From Clostridiales bacterium DTU074 (GTDB lineage: Bacteria > Bacillota > Clostridia > Caldicoprobacterales > Caldicoprobacteraceae), in assembly GCA_001513075.1 (NCBI GenBank), contig LFSE01000067.1:23233-87232 (forward strand): a stretch of 64,000 nt of DNA. The letters run 5' to 3'. The position numbers were made by a program, and so were the translations under genes. The notes beneath the pieces were generated by a model that searched no databases, was not told where the DNA came from, and was given only the letters and a program-made list of their open reading frames with translations. The stretch's first letter is position 1. The number at the start of each line of letters is the position of its first letter. Below are positions 18,567 through 28,724 of this stretch, piece by piece.

Positions 18567-21500
18567 TTGCCAAAAATGCGTGGCATCAAGAAGATACTGG
18601 TTATAGGTTCGGGTCCTATAGTCATAGCCCAGGCTGCCGAATTTGACTATGCCGGGACTCAGGCTTGCAGGGCTTTGAAGGAGGAGAAAGTAGAGATTGT
18701 ACTGATTAACAGCAATCCGGCTACCATCATGACCGATCCAAATATGGCCGATCATGTATATATTGAACCTTTAAAACTTCAGACGGTTAAGGATGTCATC
18801 GAAAGGGAAAGGCCAGACGGTTTGCTTGCTACCCTGGGTGGACAGACCGGGCTTAATCTGGCGATGGAGCTGTACGAAAAGGGATTATTGGAAAAATACG
18901 GGATAAGAATCCTGGGCACCGATATTGAATCCATCCGTAAAGGAGAAGATAGAGAGTTATTCAAAAATACAATGGTGGATATAGGTGAGCCAATTATAGA
19001 CAGCATTAGCGTGCATGATATTGATAGGGGACTGGCCTTTGCGAAAAGGATTGGATACCCTGTTGTGGTGCGTCCGGCCTATACCCTTGGGGGAACGGGC
19101 GGAGGCATGGCAAACAACGATGAAGAGTTAAGGGCAATCCTGTACGATGGTTTGCGGCTCAGCAGGGAGGGCCAGGTGCTTATAGAAAAATCGGTGGCCG
19201 GCTGGAAGGAAATTGAGTATGAGGTAGTCAGGGACGGAAATGGTAAGTGTGTCATCGTATGCAGTATGGAAAACATAGATCCGGTTGGTATTCATACCGG
19301 AGACAGCATGGTAATAGCTCCTGCCCAGACCTTGACACATGAACAGGATGAGATGCTGAGAAAGGCTGCCATAAATATAGTACAGGCTCTCAATATAAAG
19401 GGTGGATGCAATGTCCAGTTTGCGTTAAAACCCGATGGAATGCAGTATTATGTTATAGAGGTCAACCCCAGGTTGAGCCGTTCGAGCGCATTGGCCTCCA
19501 AAGCAACCGGCTACCCTATTGCCAGAGTGGCAACCAAGATTGCTCTGGGATATGGGCTTGATGAGATAAGATATGGCAATGCCGGCAGTTTTTCTGCTGC
19601 ATCGGAGCCGGCGCTGGACTATGTGGTGCTCAAGATTCCCCGCTGGCCCTTCGATAAGTTTGTTGGTGCCGATAAGGCTTTGGGCACAAAGATGAAAGCT
19701 ACCGGCGAGGTTATGGCTGTAGGCTGCGATTTTGAGGATGCCCTTCTGAAGGCCGTGCGTTCGCTGGAGCTGGGTATGGACCATATCTATTTGGATTCAT
19801 TGGCAGAGGAGGACACCGGGCAAATAATCAAAAAGTTGGAAAATAAAACCGATGAGAGGCTTTTTGTTATAGCTGAGGCTCTTCGGCGCGGCGTGCCGAT
19901 CGATGTGATATCCGAAAAGACCTCTATTGATATTTATTTTATAGAAAAAATACACGGCATAATACTATTTGAAGAAGAATTGAAAAAAATCGGTCCTAAA
20001 GGTCTAAATGGCACTGTATTGCATAAAGCAAAGAAGATGGGCTTGTCGGATATTACTATCGCTCGATTAACAGGTTTACCTGCCAGCAAAGTGCGTCATA
20101 TGAGGAAGAAGTGGGGCATAGAAGCTGTATACAGGGCAATTGGTACAGAAACAGTTGCAAAGAAAAACATAGATGCTTATTATTCAGCATATGACGGCAA
20201 AGGCAGGGTAAAGATTGACAGGAGTAAAAAAGTGGTGGTCATAGGATCCGGCCCCATTCGAATAGGGCAGGGCATAGAGTTTGATTATTGCTCGGTTCAT
20301 TGTGTCTGGGCATTGAAAAAACTGGGATATCAGGCCATAATAATAAACAACAATCCGGAGACTGTAAGCACCGATTTCGATACATCCGATCGCCTGTATT
20401 TTGAGCCCCTTTTCCTTGAGGATGTTTTAAATGTATTGGATATGGAAAGGCCGGACGGAGTTATAGTGCAATTTGGCGGTCAAACAGCTATTAAAATGGC
20501 CGGTGCGATCCATGATGCGGGATATTCCATATTCGGTACCCAGCCAAAACATATAAATATGGCGGAGGACAGAAGGGAATTTGATAGTTTGCTTGAGGAG
20601 CTTGGCATTCCCCGTCCTCCCGGTGCCACTGTGTTTACCACAGAGGAAGCGGTAACCGCTGCTGAAAAGCTGGGCTATCCCGTTCTCGTCAGGCCTTCGT
20701 ACGTCCTGGGCGGGCAGGGTATGGAGATTGCATATAACAAGAGCAATGTAGAAGAATACATGGGGATTATAAACCGTGTCAAACAGGAACACCCCGTTCT
20801 TATAGACAAATACCTGATGGGAAGGGAAATAGAGATAGATGCTATTAGCGATGGGGAAGAGATTCTTATCCCCGGGATTATGGAGCATATAGAACGCGCC
20901 GGGATTCATTCGGGCGACAGCATAGCCGTGTATCCTGCCGAAAACCTTTCCAAATGTACCGTTGATCGTATAATTGACTGTACAGCCAGGCTGGCCAGAG
21001 CCTTACGTGTTAAAGGGCTTATAAATATTCAATACATTGAATATGACGGTGAGGTGTATGTTATTGAGGTAAATCCCCGCTCAAGTCGTACCGTGCCCTT
21101 TATCAGCAAGATAACCGGCATTCCCATGGTTGACCTGGCAACAAGGGCTATGCTGGGTCAAAAGCTGAAGGATATGGGATACGGCATGGGTCTTTATCCC
21201 CGAAAAAATGTTGTTGCTGTTAAGGTGCCGGTATTTTCCTTTGAAAAATTGCCTTTGGTAGAGGTAAGCCTGGGTCCGGAGATGAAATCAACGGGAGAGG
21301 TGCTGGGGCTGGGGCGAACCCTTTCCGAAGCTCTGTATAAAGGGCTGATGGCTGCAGGATACGATTTAAAGAAGGAAGGAAGTGTGCTTATAACCGTGGC
21401 AAACTCCCACAAACAGGAGATTATTTCCATAGCAGCCGATTTTGAAAGCCTGGGATTCGATATTCTGGCTACGTCTGGTACCGCCCATGTGCTGAACTCC

Positions 21501-21773
21501 AATTATGTGGCAGCAAGCGTTGTGAATAGAGTCAGCCAGGAACATCCCAATATTGTTGATTACATTCATCAGGGGAAGATAAGCCTTATAATTAATACTC
21601 CCACTAAAGGCCGGATCCCCCAAAGAGATGGCTTTAAAATAAGGAGGATGGCTGTTGAATTTTCAATACCGTGTTTCACCTCTCTGGATACGGCGCGGGC
21701 TTTTGTAAACAGTTTGAAACAAAATATGAATGAACGGGAACTTAAGCTCATTGCATTGGAGGATATAGGATGA
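18567..21773 (+). CDS. carB: Carbamoyl-phosphate synthase large subunit
   Basis: Duplicated ATP-grasp halves ('ILVIGSGPIVIAQAAEFDYAG' and 'VVVIGSGPIRIGQGIEFDYC') and a C-terminal MGS-like domain. Probable start is TTG 18567 (RBS aaggag 9 nt upstream) or ATG 18576. The ORF track begins at 18546. Confidence 0.95.
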   Translation: MPKMRGIKKILVIGSGPIVIAQAAEFDYAGTQACRALKEEKVEIVLINSNPATIMTDPNMADHVYIEPLKLQTVKDVIERERPDGLLATLGGQTGLNLAMELYEKGLLEKYGIRILGTDIESIRKGEDRELFKNTMVDIGEPIIDSISVHDIDRGLAFAKRIGYPVVVRPAYTLGGTGGGMANNDEELRAILYDGLRLSREGQVLIEKSVAGWKEIEYEVVRDGNGKCVIVCSMENIDPVGIHTGDSMVIAPAQTLTHEQDEMLRKAAINIVQALNIKGGCNVQFALKPDGMQYYVIEVNPRLSRSSALASKATGYPIARVATKIALGYGLDEIRYGNAGSFSAASEPALDYVVLKIPRWPFDKFVGADKALGTKMKATGEVMAVGCDFEDALLKAVRSLELGMDHIYLDSLAEEDTGQIIKKLENKTDERLFVIAEALRRGVPIDVISEKTSIDIYFIEKIHGIILFEEELKKIGPKGLNGTVLHKAKKMGLSDITIARLTGLPASKVRHMRKKWGIEAVYRAIGTETVAKKNIDAYYSAYDGKGRVKIDRSKKVVVIGSGPIRIGQGIEFDYCSVHCVWALKKLGYQAIIINNNPETVSTDFDTSDRLYFEPLFLEDVLNVLDMERPDGVIVQFGGQTAIKMAGAIHDAGYSIFGTQPKHINMAEDRREFDSLLEELGIPRPPGATVFTTEEAVTAAEKLGYPVLVRPSYVLGGQGMEIAYNKSNVEEYMGIINRVKQEHPVLIDKYLMGREIEIDAISDGEEILIPGIMEHIERAGIHSGDSIAVYPAENLSKCTVDRIIDCTARLARALRVKGLINIQYIEYDGEVYVIEVNPRSSRTVPFISKITGIPMVDLATRAMLGQKLKDMGYGMGLYPRKNVVAVKVPVFSFEKLPLVEVSLGPEMKSTGEVLGLGRTLSEALYKGLMAAGYDLKKEGSVLITVANSHKQEIISIAADFESLGFDILATSGTAHVLNSNYVAASVVNRVSQEHPNIVDYIHQGKISLIINTPTKGRIPQRDGFKIRRMAVEFSIPCFTSLDTARAFVNSLKQNMNERELKLIALEDIG

Positions 21774-22573
21774 AAGGACCGAAGTTGTGTAAGGTAATCG
21801 AAAAGCGATTGTTGGCAGACGGTGTGTATACGCTGGTGCTTGATGCCCCGAATGTGGCAAAGAAGGCCAGACCAGGACAGTTTATCCATATTAAGGTGCC
21901 GAAGGATAAATCCCGTATTTTAAGACGTCCAATAAGTATATCCGATGCGGATTGTGAAGGGGGAAGCGTTGAAATAATATTTCAGCTTGTTGGTGAGGGG
22001 ACCAGGCTTTTATCAGCCGTTAAAGCGGGGAATTATTTGGATATACTGGGTCCATTGGGAAATGGTTTTACCGTACCGAGGAATGTTAGTCGTTTGTTTT
22101 TGGTAGGTGGTGGATGCGGAGTGGCGCCTATAAAATTTGCAGCAAGTAAATTCGACCATGTCCAGCGTACCTGTTTTATAGGTTTCAAAAGAGGCGATGA
22201 CATATATGAGCTACCCAAGTTTCAAAAAAATAGTGACAGACTGCTGATAGCTACCGAGGACGGGAGCATAGGCCATAAGGGTTTGGTAACGGAAATATTG
22301 GAGGGTGAATTAAAACGGAATTTACCCGATTTAATACTTGCCTGCGGTCCCGTTCCCATGCTGAAGGTGATACAGCAGCTGGCCGGACAATATGGGGTGT
22401 CCTGCCAGCTGTCGCTGGAGCAAAGAATGGGCTGCGGTATAGGGGCCTGTATGACATGTGTATGTGCCGTTCATGGCGATGAAGGGGATTATACTTATAA
22501 AAGGGTATGCAGAGATGGTCCGGTTTTTTTGAGCTGGGAGGTGATGCTGGATGAGGCCGAAAATGGCTGTTGA
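21770..22573 (+). CDS. pyrK: Dihydroorotate dehydrogenase (class 1B) electron-transfer subunit
   Basis: FAD/NAD-binding 'RPISISD' and 'GGGCGVAP'. C-terminal 2Fe-2S ligands 'CGIGACMTCVC...C'. The start overlaps the carB stop (atga). Confidence 0.9.
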   Translation: MKGPKLCKVIEKRLLADGVYTLVLDAPNVAKKARPGQFIHIKVPKDKSRILRRPISISDADCEGGSVEIIFQLVGEGTRLLSAVKAGNYLDILGPLGNGFTVPRNVSRLFLVGGGCGVAPIKFAASKFDHVQRTCFIGFKRGDDIYELPKFQKNSDRLLIATEDGSIGHKGLVTEILEGELKRNLPDLILACGPVPMLKVIQQLAGQYGVSCQLSLEQRMGCGIGACMTCVCAVHGDEGDYTYKRVCRDGPVFLSWEVMLDEAENGC

Positions 22574-23462
22574 GATATGTGGCATTGATTTTAAAAATCC
22601 CGTTATTGCCGCATCGGGAACTTATGGCTTTGGCAGCGAGCATGCCGAGTACGTGGATTTGAGTCGGATAGGAGGTATCGCCGTTAAAGGGCTCACTCTT
22701 GAACCTAGGAAGGGCAATCCGCCTCCCAGGATTGCTGAAACCCCTTCGGGAATGTTGAACAGTGTAGGCCTTCAGAATCCTGGTATTGATTATTTTATCG
22801 AACACCAGCTTCCCCGGCTAACAGAGTATAACACCAGAATCATCGTTAATATCAATGGAAATACAGTGGAAGAATACTGTAGAATAGCCGAGAAGCTGCA
22901 GGAGAAACCGGTTGATATGCTTGAGCTAAATATTTCGTGTCCCAATGTCAGACAAGGGGGTATGGTCTTTGGGACCGACCCCGATACGGTATACGATGTT
23001 ACCAGAAATGTCAAGGCACATGCCGGGCAGCCGGTGCTGGTCAAGCTGACCCCAAACGTTACCGACATTAAGGAAATAGCCATGGCCGCTGAAGAGGGAG
23101 GGGGAGATGGGATATCCCTTATAAATACCGTTCTGGGAATGGCTATAGATGCAAAGAGTCGGAGGCCAATACTGGCCAATGTGGTTGGAGGCCTTTCTGG
23201 GCCGGCTATAAAGCCCATTGCCCTACGAATGGTTTGGGAGGTTTCACAGGCAGTTGATATCCCTGTCGTTGGTATGGGAGGAATTGTAACCGGCGAGGAT
23301 GCGATTGAGTTTCTGCTGGCCGGCGCAACGGCTGTCGGGGTAGGTACCGCCAATCTGATATCTCCCACTGCCTGCATGGATATTATTAATCAGATAGAAG
23401 ATTATATGAAAGAAAATGGTGTGGAAGATATCAATGAACTAATAGGAAGCCTGATCGTATAG
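22551..23462 (+). CDS. pyrD: Dihydroorotate dehydrogenase 1B catalytic subunit
   Basis: 'FKNPVIAASGT', 'LNISCPN', 'KLTPNVTDI' and 'GMGGI'. Confidence 0.93.
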   Translation: MRPKMAVEICGIDFKNPVIAASGTYGFGSEHAEYVDLSRIGGIAVKGLTLEPRKGNPPPRIAETPSGMLNSVGLQNPGIDYFIEHQLPRLTEYNTRIIVNINGNTVEEYCRIAEKLQEKPVDMLELNISCPNVRQGGMVFGTDPDTVYDVTRNVKAHAGQPVLVKLTPNVTDIKEIAMAAEEGGGDGISLINTVLGMAIDAKSRRPILANVVGGLSGPAIKPIALRMVWEVSQAVDIPVVGMGGIVTGEDAIEFLLAGATAVGVGTANLISPTACMDIINQIEDYMKENGVEDINELIGSLIV

Positions 23463-23575
23463 CACACATCCAAATATTGACGGTAATGGCCGGTATATAG
23501 TACAACCGGTGATTGGCCGGATGAGATTGTCTGCAAAATAGCATGCTCATATATTATAAAAAGGAGGACAGGAAA

Positions 23576-24157
23576 ATGGAGCGAGGAACGGTTTTACAGA
23601 TGTTTAGGGAAACGGGCGTACTGCTTCAGGGGCACTTTCTTCTTACTTCGGGTAGGCACAGCCGGGAATATCTCCAGTGTGCCAGGTTGTTTCAATACCC
23701 TGGCTGTACGGAAAAAATAGCTAAAGTCCTGGCCGATTATTTCAATGATGACGCCGTGGATTTGGTGATAGGACCTGCAATTGGAGGCATTATACTTTCA
23801 TACGAAACGGCCAGGTGCCTTGGAGTGAAGGCCATATTTGCAGAGCGGGAGAACGGGCGAATGACATTGAGAAGGGGTTTTGAGATAAGGGAAGGCAGTC
23901 GGGTTCTGGTGGTAGAGGATGTGATAACAACCGGTGGTTCGGTAAAGGAGGTAATTGAGCTGGTGCACTCCTGCGGCGGCCAAGTGGTGGGAGTTGGTGC
24001 AGTGGTGGATCGGAGCGGTGGTAAGGTTGATTTTGGAGTCAAGCAGCATTGTGTAATATCAATGGAAGTAGAGTCATATCCTCCGGACCAATGCCCAATA
24101 TGCAATACAGGAGTTCCCTTAACCAAGCCCGGAAGCAGGAACTTACATAAAAGCTGA
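23576..24157 (+). CDS. pyrE: Orotate phosphoribosyltransferase
   Basis: '[11 protein letters not shown]' and the PRPP loop '[13 protein letters not shown]'. ATG 23576 with RBS aaggagg. Confidence 0.9.
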   Translation: MERGTVLQMFRETGVLLQGHFLLTSGRHSREYLQCARLFQYPGCTEKIAKVLADYFNDDAVDLVIGPAIGGIILSYETARCLGVKAIFAERENGRMTLRRGFEIREGSRVLVVEDVITTGGSVKEVIELVHSCGGQVVGVGAVVDRSGGKVDFGVKQHCVISMEVESYPPDQCPICNTGVPLTKPGSRNLHKS

Positions 24158-24173
24158 TATGGCATTTTTGACA

Positions 24174-25937
24174 TTAGCTGATCTGCTTTAGCTTTTTTAT
24201 CTCCTCTTCCGATGGGGTAACGTAAAGTGTGTTGTATCTTTCATATATTACCATTCCCGGTCTTGCTCCGTTGGGCTTTTTTACGTTTTTTCGGGGACAA
24301 TAGTCCACCGGGACACGGCTGGATTCTCTTCCCTTGCTGAAATACGCTGCCAGCATGCCGGCTTCAATGAGCGTTCTTTCAGGTACCTGGCGACCCTCTG
24401 TTTTTATAATCACGTGGGAGCCGGGAATATTCTTGGTATGAAGCCAAATATCATTATGAGCTGCCGTTTTTAGAGTGAGCTGATCATTCTGATGATTATT
24501 TTTACCAACATATATGTCAAAACCGTCGGAGGAAACAAAATGGTAGGGTTTGGAGGGAACCTGAGTATGCTTTTTGTTCCTGCCGGTCTTTTTTATATAC
24601 CCCTGTTCCATAAGTTCCAGGCGTATTTCCTCCAGGTCCGATTCGTCGGTACATCTGTCCAGGCTGTCCAGCAGTCCTTCCAGATAGGTTAGTTCTTCCC
24701 TGCTTTCAGATACCTGTTTTTTAAGCATTTCAACGGCGTTTTTGGCCTTGGAATATTTTTTGTAATATTGTTGGGCATTCTGTACCGGGGTTTTGCTATT
24801 ATCCATGGGGATCGTAATGGTTTTTCCATCGGGATCGTAATAGTTCACAACGGTAACTTCCGAGACCCCGTTTGGAATAGTGTGCAAATTGGCAGTTATC
24901 AATTCCCCCCATAACCGGAATTTATCGGCATCCTTTGCTTCCTGCAGCTCTTCCAGCTGAATGGCCAATTTCTTCTGACAGCGCTCCATGTTGGTTTTAA
25001 TTACTTTTAAGATGTGAGAAGAACGCTGCTTCATTCTCTCATTCTTATCCCTTTCAGAGTAAAACATTTCAAGCATTTCAGAAACAGAGGAATAATGCCG
25101 CTGCATGCGTTCAGGATATATCGTATATATAAATGGGAATATATCCCGTGGATTACCGTCATCATTTATGAGCATAGCGGGATAGAACTGTCCTTTACTT
25201 ACATCCTCGAAAAAACCGATGAAGGAGCTGTAAAGGGCTGTTAGCTTCTCGGTATCGATGTTTTGTATTGTTAAGGAGTCATCCCTTAGAGCTCTGTATA
25301 CAATCTCGGTTGCTGTAGCCCGCGAGACACCGGTAAAGCTTTCAGCAATTACACCTTCCGCTTTCTTATTTAGCGGCGCTTCTTTAAACAAGCTTGCGAG
25401 GGATTGCTGTGTCTGTTCCAACGGATTTCTCTTTCCCTGGGATGGGGGAGATTCGTAGCTTTTACCAGGAAGCACCTGGCGCACGCTGCTTATCGTTTCA
25501 TTTACATGCTTGATGCTGTCGATGATCCTGCAGGCATCGTCAACCAATATAATATTGCTGTGTCGCCCCATTATTTCTATTATTAATCTTTTGTAAGCAA
25601 GATCGCCCATTTCATTGATATTTTCGACGATTATTTCAGCAATTCTGTCAAAGCCGGGCTGTATAATATCAACAATTCTCCCTCCTAACAGGTGTTTTCT
25701 GAGAAGCATGCAAAACATGGGGGGAGTAAAGGGATTGGGCTTGGAAGATTCTATCAAGTGGATCCTCGGATGATTGGCACTGGCCGACAGAAGAAGCTTC
25801 ACACTTCCTTGTCTGGTACGGATGTGAAGGTGTATTTCATCCTTTTCCGGCTGATATATCTTTTCAATGCGGCCGTTTAGTATTTTATCTCGCAGCTCTG
25901 CAATTACGCAATTCAACAAAACTCCATCGTAAGCCAT
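24174..25937 (-). CDS. rqcH: NFACT-family ribosome quality control protein RqcH (fibronectin-binding protein A homolog)
   Basis: N-terminal 'MAYDGVLLNCVIAELRDKILNGRIEKIYQP', the central coiled coil, and the C-terminal DUF814 region ('DIWLHTKNIPGSHVII') fit RqcH. ATG 25937 has AGGAGG upstream. The 37 extra codons in the ORF track are probably not translated. Confidence 0.88.
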   Translation of the reverse strand: MAYDGVLLNCVIAELRDKILNGRIEKIYQPEKDEIHLHIRTRQGSVKLLLSASANHPRIHLIESSKPNPFTPPMFCMLLRKHLLGGRIVDIIQPGFDRIAEIIVENINEMGDLAYKRLIIEIMGRHSNIILVDDACRIIDSIKHVNETISSVRQVLPGKSYESPPSQGKRNPLEQTQQSLASLFKEAPLNKKAEGVIAESFTGVSRATATEIVYRALRDDSLTIQNIDTEKLTALYSSFIGFFEDVSKGQFYPAMLINDDGNPRDIFPFIYTIYPERMQRHYSSVSEMLEMFYSERDKNERMKQRSSHILKVIKTNMERCQKKLAIQLEELQEAKDADKFRLWGELITANLHTIPNGVSEVTVVNYYDPDGKTITIPMDNSKTPVQNAQQYYKKYSKAKNAVEMLKKQVSESREELTYLEGLLDSLDRCTDESDLEEIRLELMEQGYIKKTGRNKKHTQVPSKPYHFVSSDGFDIYVGKNNHQNDQLTLKTAAHNDIWLHTKNIPGSHVIIKTEGRQVPERTLIEAGMLAAYFSKGRESSRVPVDYCPRKNVKKPNGARPGMVIYERYNTLYVTPSEEEIKKLKQIS

Positions 25938-26211
25938 TGTATGCCTCCTGTTATATTGTTTCCTGAAAAACAAATTGCTCTTTAGTGTAAAAATCCGGTT
26001 TTCGATATTGTCAGACATCACTATATTAACGCCGGACAACTCCCACATTGTTATACTAGTCCGGGCCTACCATAAACCGACACTCCCGAAAATCCATTTT
26101 CGGCATTAATTGGATATTAAGATGTCTGATATTGATAGCTTATTATACTACATGTTGGTCTTTAATTTCAAAAGTATTTGAATAACGGCAGAGCTTAAGA
26201 ATAAAGTATTA

Positions 26212-26702
26212 TCAAAAATATGCTGCAAACAGTTCTTGAATTAGCTGAAGAGGCGTTTTTAAAAGCTGATAATATTTGCCATTATATTCTATGTGATCAT
26301 CGGTATAAGTTACCGCTATGATACTCCCATCATCGAGTTCAAATTCAAATAGAGTTGGCTGATGTATTGTTTTGCATAATCTCCAATCTGTAAAAAGGGT
26401 ATACCGCTTCTGTGTAATCCATTACACTGCCATCCCATGCTGCGGGTTCGAAAACTCTTTGAAGAGGACCTGCCAGGACGTGCCTCTGCTGTGTTGCAGG
26501 TCTAAATACATCACCTGTATCATCGGTTTTGATGATGAAGGGTCGCCCTTTGTATCGGTGATATGGATGCACGCAATGGGGTTGTATTTAAGAAGGTTTC
26601 CAATTCCGGCTTCCATATCATTGAATGTTTCAGAATCGGATTCAATCTGTTTCTGAATATCCATTTGACAAGCAGAAGAAAAGCTGCAGCAATTGTTCCC
26701 AT
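26212..26702 (-). pseudogene. Probable decayed gene for a small membrane-anchored protein (at least 3 reading-frame breaks)
   Basis: Protein-like segments lie in three different minus-strand frames and read colinearly. The first is 'MGTIAAAFLLLVKW..'. The second is 'IQKQIESDSETFNDMEAGIGNLLKYNPIACIHITDTKG'. The third is 'RPFIIKTDDTGDVFRPATQQ...AAWDGSVMDYTEAVYPFYRLEIMQ', which ends in a stop. The fourth is 'FEFELDDGSIIAVTYTDDHIEYNGKYYQLLKTPLQLIQELFAAYF', followed by a stop at 26212. Confidence 0.4.
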
Positions 26703-26967
26703 GATAGAAATGTTTAGTTCTGAATGTAGTTCTTGTACTGTATTACGTATTACAATAGTAATATAACGCAAGATTATATTACTATTGTATACCAATTTGT
26801 CAATAGAAAAAATAAGTAAAATGGGTGTGGCAAAAGAAAATTTGGACAAAACCTTATAAAAAAATACAAAACCTGTTGGATGTGTGGTAAAATATTTGGT
26901 GATAAAGACATACTCCGTAACGCCTCCTAATATAAATAATATCAAGAGATTGGTTAGGAGGGGGAGT

Positions 26968-27957
26968 ATGTTGTCCAAAAAGAATATTACATTGCTGGCT
27001 ATTATCCTTGCTTTAATTGTTTTATTTACGATAGGATGTAAATCTGTTAAGACCAAAGAAGAGTTTGAAGAGGAATTTCCTCAAGAAATGCCTGAAAATG
27101 AGGCAGAGGATGAAGAGGATGAAAATATACGTGAAACCCTGGTGTATTATCAGAATGATGCGGGATATTTAGTACCTGTTATGCGCAGGATCCCCTGGGA
27201 AGAGGGTATAGCCAAAGCTACGTTAAGAAAGATGATAGACTCTCCAGAACAACAGCAGGATTTTATGGCTATGGGGCTTAAACCCTTGCTGCCTGAAGGC
27301 ACCGAAATCCTGGGGATGTCGATAAAAGACGGATTGGCGAAGCTGGATTTAAACAAGAAAGCCATGGAATTCAACAGTGCTGTGGAAGAAAGCAACATGG
27401 TTCAGGGTGTAACGCTTACGCTGACCGATTTCAGTACCATCGACAGGGTTCAGTTTTTGTTTGAAGGAAAAGTTGTTGAAACCTTGAAATACGGCACCGA
27501 TGTCAGCAAACCCATTGAACCGCAGGACGTTAATCTGGAACTGAGCTCCAGCGCAAGCCGTGACGGGGAAAAGGTAACGGTATTCTTCCATTCCTCCCCT
27601 GATGCTGTTTTTGATTATATAGTACCGGTTACACGAATAGTGGAGGATGAGAGCGTATCGATAGAGACGGCTATACGGGAGATTCTGAACGGGCCCATGG
27701 ATGAGGGCTTAAGTATTGATATTCCCGTTGATACAAAACTGCTGGGAGTACAGGTTGATAACGGCATTACATATATAAATTTCAGCAAGGAGTTTGAGCA
27801 ACTGGCTGAAATGCCTCAAAGTGAACAGCTGGTTTTAAAGTCAATTATAATGACCGCGAAGCAGTTTCCCTATGTGGAAGAGGTTATAATAATGGTAGAA
27901 GGTAAGGAATATGAAGGAGCAAAGGTAAGCGTTTCTGCCTTTGCCAATGAATTTTGA
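26968..27957 (+). CDS. gerM: GerM-domain sporulation/germination lipoprotein
   Basis: ATG 26968 with RBS aggaggggga. Lipoprotein signal 'LLAIILALIVLFTIGC'. An acidic linker is followed by two GerMN-like repeats. The position upstream of rph matches B. subtilis. Confidence 0.8.
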   Translation: MLSKKNITLLAIILALIVLFTIGCKSVKTKEEFEEEFPQEMPENEAEDEEDENIRETLVYYQNDAGYLVPVMRRIPWEEGIAKATLRKMIDSPEQQQDFMAMGLKPLLPEGTEILGMSIKDGLAKLDLNKKAMEFNSAVEESNMVQGVTLTLTDFSTIDRVQFLFEGKVVETLKYGTDVSKPIEPQDVNLELSSSASRDGEKVTVFFHSSPDAVFDYIVPVTRIVEDESVSIETAIREILNGPMDEGLSIDIPVDTKLLGVQVDNGITYINFSKEFEQLAEMPQSEQLVLKSIIMTAKQFPYVEEVIIMVEGKEYEGAKVSVSAFANEF

Positions 27958-27980
27958 AATATACCGGAGGAGCTTTAACC

Positions 27981-28724
27981 ATGAGGATTGACGGAAGAAA
28001 TAACGATGAATTGCGACAGATAAAAATTATAACAAACTACATACTCAATGCAAGCGGCTCGGTTTTAATTGAAATGGGCAACACCCGGGTGATTTGCACG
28101 GCCACCATTGATGATAAGGTGCCTCCCTTCTTAAAGGGAACGGGAAAGGGATGGATAACCGGCGAGTACGGAATGATTCCGGGGTCTACGCGGGTACGGA
28201 AGGTAAGGGAATCTTCCCGCGGCAGGCCGGAGGGGCGTACTCAGGAAATCCAAAGGCTGATCGGCCGTTCACTGCGATGTGTTACCAATATGGATCTGTT
28301 GGGCGAAAGGACAATATGGATTGATTGTGATGTCATTCAGGCCGATGGGGGTACCAGAACCTGTTCGGTAACCGGTGGATATATTGCATTGGTGCAATGT
28401 ATAAAAACCATGCTGGACCAAGGCCTTATTGAAAAAAGCCCGATCAAAAACTATGCGGCGGCTGTAAGCGTGGGTATAGTGAACAACGAGATTATGCTGG
28501 ATCTCTGCTATGAAGAGGACTCCCTGGCAACCGTTGATATGAATCTGGTTATGAATGAAAAGAAAGAATTGATAGAGATACAGGGTACGGGTGAAATATC
28601 TCCGTTTACATTGCAGGAGCTTAATGCTTTGGTAGAACTGGGGCAAATGGGCACTCAGCAGATCATCAACTACCAGAAGGAGGCCCTGGGGGATCTTATT
28701 TGTTTGGTGGGGCAGGAAATATGA
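27981..28724 (+). CDS. rph: Ribonuclease PH
   Basis: 'MRIDGRNNDELRQIKI...GSVLIEMGNTRVICTA...GWITGEYGMIPGSTRVR...GRTQEIQRLIGRSLR...DCDVIQADGGTRT'. Confidence 0.95.
   Translation: MRIDGRNNDELRQIKIITNYILNASGSVLIEMGNTRVICTATIDDKVPPFLKGTGKGWITGEYGMIPGSTRVRKVRESSRGRPEGRTQEIQRLIGRSLRCVTNMDLLGERTIWIDCDVIQADGGTRTCSVTGGYIALVQCIKTMLDQGLIEKSPIKNYAAAVSVGIVNNEIMLDLCYEEDSLATVDMNLVMNEKKELIEIQGTGEISPFTLQELNALVELGQMGTQQIINYQKEALGDLICLVGQEI

Noticed and set aside
22251-23377. Minus-strand ORFs of 184 aa and 195 aa
   Set aside because: They are antisense to pyrK and pyrD. The proline/serine-rich translations are typical of the reverse frame of GC-richer coding sequence.
25938-26048. The 37-codon N-terminal extension of the rqcH ORF
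   Set aside because: ATG 25937 is preceded by AGGAGG and yields the conserved NFACT start (MAYDG...). The extension has no RBS and no homology pattern.
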